63,565 bases of DNA, filler included, from Klebsormidium nitens (GCA_000708835.1; 4 parts of 4 records of this genome joined end to end with filler, not necessarily neighbours in it); one strand, 5' to 3'; positions 1 through 12,634 are shown, numbered from the whole stretch's first letter. The notes: generated by a model not told the origin, from the letters alone. Translations and numbers: made by a program.

Positions 1-11
1 GGGAAGCCTGC

Positions 12-658
12 TCACTCCACGCGCTGCTCTCCTGCTGTCCCACGCCTTCGCTCCCCTTGCTCCTTAACCACGCCGTGCTCTCCCTGGCCGCCGCCAGCTG
101 TTGCTCTTGTGCCGCTTGGGCCTCTTCCTCTGCCCTTCCCCCATGCCTGCTTGTCCTGGCTCTGCTTGGCCTCCCGCGCCTTGATTTCCTTGGGCACTGC
201 TGCCAACCTTTCCTGTGGGGCTAACACCTTTGCCTCTCCGCGCTGCTTCGCAGTCCCCTCGTTTTTGGCTTTTGCCTCCACCTCCTCTAGCTCTTGGCCC
301 GTATTTAGCAAATTCTTCTGTGTGGGTCTCTCTCCCTGGCCTCTGCATCCTCCGGCCTTGTGGACATAGTTCTAATCAGCAGGGTAAGCACAGCAACTTC
401 ATTAGTGTGGGTTTGGTCCTCATCCAACAGAGTTTGTTCCAATACCTGCAGCCTTTGGCTTGCTGAAAGCAATGGTTCCGCGATGCACACCGGCTCGCCA
501 GTGGCTTCGTCATCAAGTAGGCTGGGACTGCAAGCAGTGCACATTGGAAGGATACGTCTGCAGCAGCAAAGAAACAGAGAATGGGGCCAATTCAGGAGCA
601 TCGATCTAATTTGACATGATTTGCTTTGTTTCAATTTTAAGCTGCCACAAGCAGCCAC
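12..658 (-). CDS. Probable spliced host gene fragment: Cys-rich (RING-like) segment followed by coiled-coil/low-complexity tail
   Basis: ORF 305-658 has CCCRRILPMCTAC; ORF 12-311 is E/K/Q/A-rich coiled coil. Exon structure not resolved. Confidence 0.3.
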
Positions 659-1179
659 GCCAAAAACCGCGTTGCAAAGGGTGCGAATTGGATGGGGTTA
701 GTAATGGGTGTGGTAGTGGACGTCACGGTAATGGATCCTCCAGATTAGTATTAATTGAGTGCATGCACACCGGCCCTCTGGACTTTGAAAGTGACAAAGT
801 GAAACCCTTCGTCGGAAAGCAATCAGAAAATTAGCGTACCGAACGAAAAAGCTGCCTGACGTGTGTGTTGGAAGGTTGAACTACCGGCCAATGAGCCGGG
901 GGACTGACGAGCTGTCACTCCATACGAGCAGTTTCCACGTGGAAGAAATCATCAATCTAAGCGAATCTTGATCCGTATTTCAAACCGTCAATATGGATTG
1001 CAGGTGTTCATCTCCGGATCCATGTAGAAACACGTGGCTTCATGCGAGCCTCAACTTCACAGCACAGCATGCACCGCGTCGAATTCCACGGACCTTTCGA
1101 CCTTTCCAGTCCGGTATCGATCCAAAAGTTAGTCAGAAGAAAGCCCAGCAAACCAAATGAAGTTCAACCTTATTTTGAG

Positions 1180-3500
1180 CCGCTCGATGGCCGCCACGTG
1201 TACCCCCCGGGCCGAGGCTCCGACGGTCCGCAAAAATCGAGATCAGCGCGGCCGTCGAAAGCCACCGACTGCCGGTTTTGACCCTTTACCGCAGCCATTA
1301 CCGCTCGTACGGGGCTGCTCGCCACTTGAGCCGTCCCGACTGACTTCACAACGCGGTAACGGCTGCGGTAAAGGCCGCCATTCGTACGGAGGTAGCTAAG
1401 TCCCGGGAGTCGGCCTAAATTCTTGAAGCTGCCAATGGCGATTCCCGGGATCTGATTGGCCGGGTCGCACGTACCGAATCTGGAGAATCTTCAATCTGCG
1501 GCCGAAATTCATCGGCGGCCGAATTACTTAGACTCCGAAAATTTCGGCGCGCGACTCACTGAACACTGAAGTACCGAGCCTAGGCCTAGCTAGTCTAGCT
1601 AGGTCACTACCAGTGGTGCCACTGGGGGCCCACTTACTGGTAAACGGGCCCCCAATGGCCCAAATCGGCCCCCAAAGGCGGAGGCTAGGGGGCCCAACGG
1701 GCCCCCAATAAGGAAGCCCAAGGGGCCCAACGGGCCCCCATTGCGGGGCTTCTAGGGGCCCTCGGGCCCCTATAGCTTGAAGTCATGGGGCCCCAACTCC
1801 CCCCAGTTACCGAAGTTAAGGTGCCACCGGGGGACAGATCGAGACTTGGCCCCGGAAATACTACGCACCGGCAAGGCATGGTACCTAGGTGGTCCATTGT
1901 ACAGGTACAGGTATGTACCAACAAGTGAATGGATACCTACCCCGGACCCCGTCGGTCACATCATGAATTAGCTACGGTACCTACGAACGATATCACTGTG
2001 CACTGTACAGCCAATCTACGGTGTTGGAATGCCCTGTCAATATCGAACGGGCGAAATTTCTACCATTATTTCAGTGCGCCGTCAAACTTAAACCACCACC
2101 CACAGTTTATAACCGGGCAAACCGGTGTTCAGTTGTGACCAACGGTCACCGAAAATACGAATTGGAGCGAGGGCGCACGGTTTTGACTGTTGCAAAATGG
2201 CGCTTATAGAGCTTGAAAACTTGACCATTTCTTCATGGAATCCGGCGGTCTTTCGTCGCGCAGGCCGGGACCACTCAACATGACTGGCTTCCATCGAAAC
2301 CGCCGCTCGAAACGACCAAAAACCATGCATTTTCAAGTGGGCTACAGCATTGGTCGTATGCATGCGCCATTGTCAATTTTCAAGTTCGCAAACTTGACTT
2401 TGACCAATCCTGATACAGGACCCTAAATACTGCAGGTGGTGGTTTAAGACTAGCTAATTGCTAGTCCTTTTTATCATATGGATTGGCTTTACTTGGCACG
2501 TACGGCCCTAGGGCCATGCCTATGGGGATTCAGAAACCCAACCGAGGGCCCCCAATCACACGGGTGGAGGGGGCCTTGGGCCCCCATTGAACGCTCTGGA
2601 GGGGCCCAACGGGCCCCCATTGAGCGTAGCTTGGGGGCCCTTGGGCCCCCAATTGAAAAAGTTAGCGGCAACACTGGTCACTACTGAGTACTTCAGTTTC
2701 GCAAGTAGCACAAAGAAGCTCATTCAAATAGTGTTACAGCCACTTCTGATAGGTGAAAATAGGCCGATGACGTCAATGTACAATACGCTATGACGACCAC
2801 ACTAAAAACCTAACCATTAGGCTGGTCACCCTAAAAAGTCGCTTGCCTAAAACCCTAAAAACCATCCCCCGGAAGGCCGGTCACCCTAATAAGGGAAGCC
2901 TGCGACCCTAAAGAGTCCCCGGGGCACAAAACCCTAAGGAGGGTTGGCCGGTCACCCTAAAAAGCTACCAGCTGCCGACGTCACCCTAGAACCACAAAAT
3001 CCCTCTCGTTTAAATCCAACGGCTGGGATGAAGGTCGGATTATTTTACACCCGTCAGAGTGGCCGTAACACTATTTGAATGGGCTTCTTTGTCCCTACTC
3101 GAAAAACGGTCGAATTTCGCAAAATCTGCCGAGTTCCGACCTACGTACGGCGGTCCAATCAGATCGTGAGGATCTGTCACATCCAAATTGGCAGCTTCAA
3201 TAATAAAGGCCTAGGGCCCGGGCATCTTAGCTACCTTATGTCCGGTCGAGTCGGTGGGGCGCGGCCAGGTGGTGCCCATGGCATCACCGCGCAGTGTGTC
3301 CGAAAAGCCCGGGGTCCGACCGTACTAGCTGCGGCCACGTGGTACGGAGCGCCCGGGGCGAGTTTGGTACTAAACTCATGAGTTAGAATGCAAGGTCGCG
3401 CGCGGCCAACTGGGTCTCGGTACTCGCGCGACCCACCGGTTCTGAAATATCGACTGCGTGGTAATGGTAACTGAGCACGGTAAAGACTGCAGGCCATAGC
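1180..3500. mobile_element. Non-coding palindrome-rich foldback-like element with diverged inverted arms
   Basis: Reverse complement of about 1390-1470 (ccaatcagatc..attggcagcttcaa..aggcc..cccggg..cttagctacc) recurs at about 3150-3235. Internal arrays of GGGGCCCAACGGGCCCC mini-hairpins at 1620-1800 and 2500-2660. No credible ORF. Confidence 0.5.
2800..2990 (+). repeat. Cluster of (GGTC)ACCCTAA / AAACCCTAA telobox-like motifs
   Basis: About eight ACCCTA(A) motifs in 190 bp, several as GGTCACCCTAA. Confidence 0.5.
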
Positions 3501-3876
3501 AGGCCTTTGACACTGCCCACGCTCGCCCGGCAGACGGGCGGACGTCCCATCGTACGATGCGTGTTCTCCCCGTATACAGTACGTCGATTTGCGACGTCTT
3601 TTGCCGTCAGTAGAGGCTAGGCTAGTGTAGTGTCAGTACTAGGGTAGGCTATGCAAGTATAGTGTTAGTACTAGGAAGTAGCGCAAGTGACTCAAAAAGT
3701 CAAGACTAGGATTGAAGGCATTTGCGGATTATGCACTGCATGCCAGCCAGCCGCCCTAGAAGCACAGGAGCGCTAGCCCTAGAGCGCTACAGGAGCTGTA
3801 ACAACGCTGGAGAAGCTCTCGAGAGCCTCTTGAAGGAGATAAGGAGAGCACTGTGACTTGACAGCAAGAAGCAGTC

Positions 3877-5348
3877 ATGCTGCGGCAGTGGGACCCTGAC
3901 GAGCTCCAGCTTGAGCGATTTGTAGAAAGGCAGGACGCAGATCCCGATGGGCCTTGGGGTGCTCTGTTACCTTACACAACAACTGGAAAATTAAAGGACA
4001 ATTTTCTTGCTGGGAAGAAGAGACCAAAGGAGGAACGGCGCCTCGTTAAGTTCGCACAGCAGAGCCGCAGGCCCCTAGATCATGTCCGCTTACCTTTTCT
4101 GACATGGCAGGAATCTGGTTTCACCGCCACTGGTAGCAGTGTCAATCTCCTCCCCTACTCCTGTGAGATTGTGAAGTGCTCCACTTCCTGGCACAATTTC
4201 TCAGCCGATAGCCACAACTTGCGATTTGTCTCGCTCCCTATTTACCATGGCACTCCGTTCACTGGCACCGGGGTTGGGGACCCGGATGATTTTGAGATCG
4301 CTTCGCCCTTGTCAAGGAGGCTGGATGAGGTGGAGTTTGTCGCGACAGGAACGCCACAGAGCAGTCCTGTAAAGGCTGAAGAAGACTTGTTGACAGATGC
4401 CTCTAGTGATACGTCTTCCACCCCCACGTCTTCTGATGGAGATTCATTGCCAGAGGTAAGAGCGTGCATGAGAGCAAAGTACACTTTTTCCTGTCAGTGT
4501 TCTGCTCATTTGACTTTCATGTTGATACGGATTTGCAGTAGCAGCACCTCAGAAACGGGGCTGTGACTTTACTGCGGCATTTTTGCCGTATCTGTGCATC
4601 CAGTGGCAACAAACTTCATTTTTTGCTAGCGTTGACCTGCTGTTGGTATAGGATCAGACGTTCTTTTCCGCTTGCAGCCAGTATGTTACAAGTCGAATGA
4701 AGAAATTATTAGGGTTGAGAGCAGGTGCCGCTATATCTTTCCAGGAGACTCGTCTTCACAACTTTCCCGTGCTGATGTCTGCAGGACGATGTTCTGCGCA
4801 TCGGTGCCAACCTGCAAACTCCTGTAATGGAAGGTGCAGACCTGGTCGTGGGACACCTGAAGAAAGTGAAGAGACTCTCCCGCGACAGCAGGTTCCGATT
4901 CTGCCTGTTGGATGTTGGCCAGGATCAAGACATTGCGGTGATGTCAGCAGCAGCCAATGTGAGGGCTGGAGTAAAGGTGTTGGTCTGTCTGGAGGGTGGC
5001 ACGGTATTGGGAACAGGAGAGGTGGTGCATGCAGTGATCATCGAGGACGTAGAGAGCAGGGGCATACTCTGCGGCCCAGTAGAGCTTGGATGGGAAGAAG
5101 GGGCATCGGGGGAGAGCGTGGTGCATCTGTCATGGGATTTTGAGGTTGGGGATGTAGTTGAGTGGGGGTACTTCGAAGAAGAAACCGTGCGGGAAAGCTT
5201 GACAAATTGGACACTCAAACATGATGTGGAAGATAGCAGCGGGGCCAGTGTATCAGCAGGTGATGAAGCTGCCGCAGGAGAAGTAGAGTCTGAGCTGGAC
5301 CGGGAGGGGGACGATGACTCTGATACAAGTGGACTAGAGACAGCTAAG
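3877..5348 (+). CDS. Spliced host-type gene (5' part) containing a PheT/Trbp111-like tRNA-binding OB-fold domain
   Basis: LVVGHLKKV..FCLLDVG..AANVRAGVKVLV..VESRGILCGPVELG..FEVGD matches the tRNA_bind pattern VVG..DVG..ApNV..G.kV..veS.GmLC..ELG. Donors gtaaga (about 4457) and gtaagg (5349). Confidence 0.6.
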
Positions 5349-6869
5349 GTAAGGAACAGGTGCCTAAGTGCGTCCAACAGGGTTGTTTGACCCCTTGGTG
5401 TACGGCTTTCTTTGAACTTGCCTGAAACCTGAAGCTACAGCCTTTTTGAAAATCGAGGGCAGTCGTCTAGCTGACAAGCGCCGTTTGCAGGTTTCTCCTT
5501 CGAGTTGCCTCGGACAAGTTGGTTGGAGGGTCACTATTTTTTGAGGTCTTGTTCCTGGTTTCTATTAGGGTTTGGTGGCCGCGTAACATTCTTCTGCTTG
5601 TTACCTAGTCAAATTTCTCTGTCAGCAGTATCTGGTTCAATGCAGAACATAAAGCGGGACCGGTGGCCTTGAAGGCACTCGCTTTGTGTTAAGAAGGAAG
5701 CTTGTCTTGTTGCGGCTGCTTAATATTACTTCTGCGTATAGCTCTCCTTCTGTGCACTGCAGAGAAGGCCACGGAGAAGGTTCAGCTCAAAGAAGCCCAC
5801 CTCTGAAGGCGAACTAGAGCTACCGCACCATCACCGCATACAGGTGCAGAAGGTGAGTGGCCGACATGTGGGCAAACAGACAGCTCCATCGGGTCTCAAG
5901 GTAAGGCTTGGATTCAAGTGACTTCTGCTTGCTTCTACCTCGAAGCTATGTTGTGGAGGTCTGTAGCCAGCGTGCCAAGGATGGACGTGTCAGATTAAGG
6001 GAAGGCTGGCCCGAATAGTCTCATAGAGTGGTGACTGCCGACTGCGTGTTTCAAGTGGCCTTGTGAAGGCTTTTCCTCGCTGATGTCGGTTCCAAAGGAC
6101 GTTGATTCCGAGCGTCTTGATGTATGGATCGACTGACTAATTTGAGTAAGTATTCTACCATAACTGAAATTTCACAGTTGGTCAGGTAGTGGAACGGCCA
6201 GAGTGAGTTTTCTGGAAGGCATGATGGCTTGCTGAGCACGTGGGTGTCACAGAAGCGGCATACCTTTGCATACGGCGTTTGTAAGGAAGCGCCCAGAGTA
6301 GGAGGTGTTGATCAATAGCTTTCAAGAAGGATGCAGGCCAGCTCCGCTCATGGGGTTACCTTGTTCTGCTTTTCTGTGCAGAGTGCGGGTAAGGTGGACG
6401 AGCTGGCTGGCCGTGAGCAAATGGGGGCCACGCCGAAAGCTCTCTCGTATGTTTCCAGAAGTGGGGCGGAGGTAAGCAGCGCAAGGACCAAGTGCAATGC
6501 CTTACATGAAGCATAACCCTGGGTTTGCTGTAGTGGAAATGCTGCAGACGGTTGTTGTCTTCCCGCAATCTGCTCTCTCAGGATCATGTGTGCTTGTGTT
6601 CTCTGTCCATAGGGCCACTCTATTGCAGCAACTGCATCATGAGTTAGCGGAGCTCTGATGGGTTAGCATGCTGAGTAAGCGATTGATTTTGGCTGACTTC
6701 GCGGTCTGCAGTCCCCTAGAACTCCAACGACTCCAAGAACACCAAAGAGAGAGAGCTCCCATGGATCTGCTGTCACTGACGTAAGTACTGGGACGTGGCC
6801 TTGGTACAATATCCATTGGGCTTGCAAGCTTGAAGTGGTGTGCATGATGTGCTGTCAAGGAATCAACCG

Positions 6870-7908
6870 GCAAATTTGTGCTCAACCAGGCACTGCGCAT
6901 ATCTGGTCCGCTACTGATCACTTTGTAAGCTGTGCCACCATCAAGAAGCCGATAGTCCCTGTCCCACTCTCAAAATGTGTGATCACTAGCATCTTGCTGT
7001 TCACTGGCATGTCGCTGTCTTTCTTGCAGTACCCGTACCCGCGCAAGGTGCGCGACATATTCTTCTTCGAGATGCGCACGAGGCCGGAGTGGGCCTCGTG
7101 CAGATCGTTCTTCGTCCCTAGCGGGCGCTCGCTGACGATCTCTAAGGTCGTCAAAGGCAGTCTTCGCGGGGGTGACGTTGTGATCTTGTTTGGATATCCA
7201 GGTGAGGCTGGCGTGCTGCTGGAGTCCCAGTCCAGCCTTTGACACCTTCCATTCAGTCTGCATCCTCTTCCCATGCTCGCTGCTTCACCCAAGCCTTTTT
7301 CTTGCTCACAAGAGATGTGAATTTCGTGAGCTAAGAGGATATCACTGGTTTCCTTTTTCCTCGACAAGTGCGCTTCGAGTTGTCGTTTTCACTTCCTGCA
7401 TGAAGACGTCCTATCCTTGTCTGCAGGAGAGGACGTGACAGAGTCCGTTTTCATCCAGAATTACGATATGACCCCAGCTGAGGCCTCCGTGGCCGTGCGG
7501 CAGGTCAAACGCTTGTACGTGAAGGACACTCTGTCAATCTCGGTCGGACGAGTGTCAGCAATGTCGCAGTGGGTAGTTATTCACAACCTGAGCACCATCC
7601 GAGGGACGTCCGGTGGCGGGGGATCCGTGCTAGAGGAACCGTTTGCCTTGTTGTTTGTCCACAGCCGCACCCACAGCGACAGGCCAGAAGAAGCAAACCT
7701 GGCGATTTCGGTCGATAACCCGCTTTTCATCGCCATGTATTGCCACGAGGTCCTGCCTGAAATCGTCAAACTTGACGACAGCAAGTGGCCCGAAGGACAT
7801 GCGGGGTACATGAAGCAGCGGCTGGCAGAGTGGTTAAAGAAGCACGAGGTCTTCATTGAGAAGCTGGGATACGCTGAGGTTGCCGGTAGGTTTCTGGACA
7901 GGGTCTGA
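6870..7908 (+). CDS. Trypsin-like serine protease domain (spliced; possibly the 3' part of the gene starting at 3877)
   Basis: Catalytic-triad-like motifs in order: SATDHFV (His), RDIFFFE (Asp), HNLSTIRGTSGGGG (GxSG Ser). Intron between about 7200 and 7426. Confidence 0.6.
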
Positions 7909-9351
7909 TTGTCGAGTGACTCAAATCGAAGGCGAGAGGTAGGAAGTTTGCCACTATCAAGCCACATCCGTTCAAAAGGATGGGGCTTTGTGTTTGCAGA
8001 TAGATTGTACTTGAGTACTAGCATGTACTTGAGTACTAGCATCTCATGAAGGTGTATGATTGTTTCTGAAAGTATGAAGAGCCAATCTTTCCAAAGACGC
8101 TAGAGTGGATCCGAGTCCTTCTTCAGTTAGCATGTGTAGAGATGTAACCTGCTTTGCGACTCCTCAATAACATAAGTGGGATTGAAGTTGGATCAGGATC
8201 GACGGATTTGGCCGTGCTTATGCTCCTAAAGGTTTTCAAGAGGTTCTTTAGCTCTAAGCAGAGAGTTTTCAGGCATGAATGTCTACACCATACAGACCCA
8301 AATCGCTGATTCGAATGTCTGACATGGCTGCCATGCACAATGAGTCATGCTAACATTGGACGTACACACATGACACATGCAAGGAGAAATTCTCAAAGTC
8401 TGTCGGAGTATATTGAGTGCACATGGCAAAAGCTGCCTCTTTGCCTCATGATTGTTGCACTTGAGTTTGCCAAGGTGGTCCATCTTAACAAGCCGCGGGG
8501 GAGGTTGACGGGCCCCTTTTCGGTCAACGAGACATCTAAAAGCCGCCCGCCATAAGCACTCAAATGCGGCACCAGAAACAACTTGGGCGCAACAAAGGTC
8601 GGAAGGAACGTGCCTCCTTTCAAATCCCCAAGAGCGCAGCCGACCCAAGTACTTTGGGGTCGGGCCGGACTCGACGGGCCTCTTCACCACCCGTCTAGCC
8701 GTCTGGCCGTCTCCTTGCAGCACGGGCACGTCTCTAGATTTCGCCACTGAATGAAGAACTAGTGCCATCCCTCTGCCGCAGGCTGCCCCAATTGTGCCTC
8801 GCATGCAAAGCTCCTTTGCATGACAATGACCCTCGGAAAGCCTCATACTTTTTGAACTTTTGTTCTCATTTTTTCGAAGAACCTTTTGCCCCATGAGATT
8901 CATGAGTTTCTCTGCATAAGTGGGGGCCCGGGTGAAAGCAGAGCTAACTCCACTGACCGAGGCAGTGCTTTTTGTTTTTGGCGACCTCAGCACGTAACCC
9001 TCTTCAATTTTTGAGCTAACCCGTCTACGGGGATATTTGACACTCAAATAGTACAGTAACCCGAACGCGACGGGGTTCAATGTCAACAAACGGTCGCCGC
9101 CAGACTTCGTGATCGGTCCACATGGGGGCGGAAAAGCTAAACCGGCCGGGGGGCAGGGGAACAAGGCGAGTGTTCGCCCCCACTTTGCAAAACACGGACC
9201 ACCAGCAACGTGTATATAGTTTTGTGAAGCTCGATGTCTGCATCGCCGCCGAGATACTTTAAGTGGGTGGTGCTTCGGCCCAAAAGCACGGTGTGCCAGC
9301 AAAAAGTACACGAATGGGGGACATATCTGACGTGTCAGGTTTTGAGGCTAG

Positions 9352-9579
9352 ATCATTGGGCTAGTGTACTAGTGTATGCTCTTCTTGGAAGGATCTGGAG
9401 GTCCCGAGTCAAACCCATCGGCCTTAGGGTACAGATTTCCTTTTATGATTTTTTCCCAGCTAGCACGTGCGGTCATAAAAAATCATAAAAGGAAATCTGT
9501 ACCCTAAGGCCGATGGGTTTGACTCGGGACCTCTAGATCCTCCCAAGAAGAGCACACACTAGTACACACAGCCAATGAT
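9352..9579. repeat. Long near-perfect palindrome (arms about 103 bp, 22-nt spacer)
   Basis: 9352-9454 is the reverse complement of 9477-9579 with few mismatches; spacer cccagctagcacgtgcggtcat. Confidence 0.95.
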
Positions 9580-10429
9580 TGGGAAAAACTAAGTACCTGC
9601 AGGAAAACGCACAGGTCCGCGTGCCCCGGGGTGCTTTGCCACAGGGATGGGACCCCCCCCGGGGGGGGGGGCAGAATTTGCGAGAAAACAAAGCGTGTGT
9701 TCGCCCCTCCGTACCCACCGCAGTCAAAATTTGTCATGATATATGTACTAAAGACTATATGAATTACTTGCAAAAATCGACTGAATTTTTCGGGACCGTC
9801 CGCTGCCGATTGCGTTGAATCCCGACCGTTCGATCGCGCGTCGACGGTCTTTCAAAAGCGGTTGCGGTTTCCTCCCCGGCGGACCGCCGAAGCTGACTTG
9901 GCACGCCCGGCGGGCAGCCGACATGTTCCAGAAGGCTCCGATTGGTGGGGAAAGTGCCCCAACTCATCACTCTCCCGCCTCTTTAATTCAAACCTATTGC
10001 CGACCAGCCGCTCAGGGGCGCAACAAAAGCATCATCGCAAGTGCAGCGCTGCCTCCTCAAAGCTTTGCATCTCAGCGCCCATCGCAAGCATGGCAGCACG
10101 ACCAGTCCATGGCTTGCAGTCAGTGGATCAGTTTGCAGATTTCCAGAGAAGTATGCGCCTATCAGGAACTCAGGCTCACCATGATGCTGTGGAAGAAACG
10201 AGCGCTCATGCCAGCTACCAGGTGAGCTTCAAGAGCTCGCAGGTCAGCTCCGTCGTCAACCTAGGGTTTCTGACTGGCATCAGCTCCATCACAAGGCCAG
10301 CTCCAGTCATGCTCCTGTTTCTCAGCTCTACTCCAGGATTTGGTGCGCCTGATAGCCAGAGCTCCCAATCAATTTGTGTATGCTTCCAGGCCATGGCTGC
10401 GGCCCGGGGTGGCAGCTCCACGGATAAAA

Positions 10430-10815
10430 ATAAGTATGATAAATTCAAATAAAAACAAGTATCATCGAGATTCTGAACATATCTGTAAATTCTGCTTGCA
10501 CAGTCGCATTTGTCTCCTCGAGTTGAGCACGTATCACCTCTTTTATTCAGAATTTGTCAAAGGTGGGGTATGTTTATCCAATTTATTTGGCCCGATAAAT
10601 ATGAAATACTTCCAAAAGCAGGGTGCCAGCACGGATATGCCAGGATTCGGGCCTGAATATATTTAATAATATTGGATATTGTGGATTTTATTCAAAGTAT
10701 CGGTTAAAAACTGAATATATTAAATATATCCAATAATTTATAGGTGCAAACATGCCAAAAGCAAGCTTGGATATCGATATTTTGACGAATATTCAATTTA
10801 TTTATCGATAAATAT
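10430..10815. other. AT-rich island with repeated GATAT/AATAT(A)TT/ATCGAT motifs
   Basis: Abrupt drop in GC; multiple aatatatt, ggatat, gatatc and atcgat words. Confidence 0.6.
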
Positions 10816-11019
10816 ATCAAGAAAGCAAGCCCTTCGATCGTCTAATATTCTGGCAGGTGCTACAGTTTATCAAGGAAGCTACCACCCCGGGGGCTGCGGT
10901 CTCCCCATCATCATGCTGCAACAGCGCATCGCTCTCAGAGGGCTCCTCCAGAGGCAGTCTAGACTCGTCCGACGGTGGTCGGATGCAGTCGCCGGTGAGC
11001 TCTCTCTGGGATCTTGCGT

Positions 11020-11660
11020 TACCTTCCAACCATCCATTGATGATCGATGCATGGTCCTTCCAAAGGATTGACAGCTGTTGTTTGCGAGTCGTGCGGGATG
11101 CCTTTGGAGTTTCGTCTGCCAAGCCTAGGCCCCAGACGGAATTTGCGAGCTAGCGCGTAGTTCTGCTTNNNNNNNNNNNNNNNNNNNNNNNNNNNNNNNN
11201 NNNNNNNNNNNNNNNNNNNNNNNNNNNNNNNNNNNNNNNNNNNNNNNNNNNNNNNNNNNNNNNNNNNNNNNNNNNNNNNNNNNNNNNNNNNNNNNNNNNN
11301 NNNNNNNNNNNNNNNNNNNNNNNNNNNNNNNNNNNNNNNNNNNNNNNNNNNNNNNNNNNNNNNNNNNNNNNNNNNNNNNNNNNNNNNNNNNNNNNNNNNN
11401 NNNNNNNNNNNNNNNNNNNNNNNNNNNNNNNNNNNNNNNNNNNNNNNNNNNNNNNNNNNNNNNNNNNNNNNNNNNNNNNNNNNNNNNNNNNNNNNNNNNN
11501 NNNNNNNNNNNNNNNNNNNNGCAAGGCCAGTACACTCGACTGGTCAATAATGATGCACCCATCCGAAGGCATGATAGCTGTTGCTTGCGAGTTGTGTGGG
11601 ATGCCTTTGGAGCCTCCAGATAGGATTTGCGAGCTAGCGCGTGGTCCTCCACCTTCCTCC
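11020..11660 (-). repeat. Tandemly duplicated unit (about 140 bp visible) ending in the H-family flank motif, on both sides of an N gap
   Basis: gatgc..ccttccaaagg..acagctgttgtttgcgagtcgtgcgggatgcctttggag..atttgcgagctagcgcgt at about 11045-11160 recurs at about 11550-11643. Confidence 0.7.
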
Positions 11661-11675
11661 TCCAACCAAAGACTC

Positions 11676-11741
11676 ATCAGTAGATTCTTGCACAGTATAT
11701 AGTCCTATAGATATAGTAATCAGTCGCAAAAATCTACTGAT
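11676..11741 (-). repeat. H-family hairpin copy H1
   Basis: ATCAGTAGATTCTTGC / GCAAAAATCTACTGAT arms around a TATAG-rich loop; the shared flank lies on the left, so this copy is inverted relative to H2-H5. Confidence 0.9.
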
Positions 11742-11899
11742 TCTTCGAACCCCTCGCCTTCCAGGTCGCGCCGCGCTTCAGCAATCTGCCGCTCCGAGAA
11801 AGCCCCTCCAGGGTGGGCCAATCCGAGACTCCGGGTGGCGGCCCTCCACTACCTCCGGTGAGCTCCGATCCCGTGCTCGCGGATGGCCAAGCTCCCATG

Positions 11900-11950
11900 G
11901 CGCTTCGCTTGGGGGCGTGGCGAAGCCCCTAGCAAAGCGCTATCGCCCCC
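11900..11950 (+). repeat. GC-rich hairpin direct repeat, copy 1
   Basis: gcgcttcgcttgggggcgtggcgaagcccctagcaaagcgctatcgcccc; recurs at 13097-13150. Confidence 0.8.
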
Positions 11951-12292
11951 CGCCGCTGCAGGATCCCATCATCCGTGAGTCTAACCTGTGGCCTTGCGCT
12001 CCTTGCTTGCAGGAAGGAGATGGTGCGGATATCCACGGTGAATCACGCTCGGACGAGGAAGGCAGTAGCGTTACCCAGCTTCCCGCCCCAAAACGCAGCA
12101 GGTAGGGGCGCTTCGCCGGCTCCTCTCCGATCGCCAAGCTGCTCGTGAATTTTGCAAGCCCACTTACAAGACCATCGCAAGCGCTCTTTCTGCATTCTGG
12201 AACTAATCATTATTAGTGCATTCAACAGGCGCACAGCAAATACTCAACTGCCGACGCACACCGCTGAGACGAGCAGAAAGGCCGCATCCTTC

Positions 12293-12634
12293 ATGGCCGA
12301 GCAGAAGGCCGAGCTGAAAGCCGTTCGAGCCCGTCAGAGACGCGAACCCGGCAGAGCGCGCTTGGAGGACACGCTCGACGATGTCTTAAAGGCGGATGTG
12401 GATTTCGACCCTCGGCACTGGCATTTGACGGACACCAACTTCATCCGCGAAAAGACGCCCCCTAAAGCGAGGGACACCCATAAGCAGAGCACGTTGCCGG
12501 AGTGCCTGACCTCCGCCCAATCAGCAAAAGCGGTGAGGAATGCGTTGCCTGCTATAAACGCTCAGAAACAAGACGACAGAAAGCTTTCCGATCATCTAGA
12601 CTGGGGAGCTCCCCTTACCTGTGCCCACAGCTGA
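12293..12634 (+). CDS. Hypothetical protein / possible exon
   Basis: GC3-rich open frame MAEQKAELKAVRARQRR..; no recognised domain. Confidence 0.3.
   Translation: MAEQKAELKAVRARQRREPGRARLEDTLDDVLKADVDFDPRHWHLTDTNFIREKTPPKARDTHKQSTLPECLTSAQSAKAVRNALPAINAQKQDDRKLSDHLDWGAPLTCAHS

Noticed and set aside
8283-9311. 342-aa ORF as a real gene
   Set aside because: No recognisable domain; a CPCC motif lies in another frame. Possibly a decayed transposon gene but unsupported.
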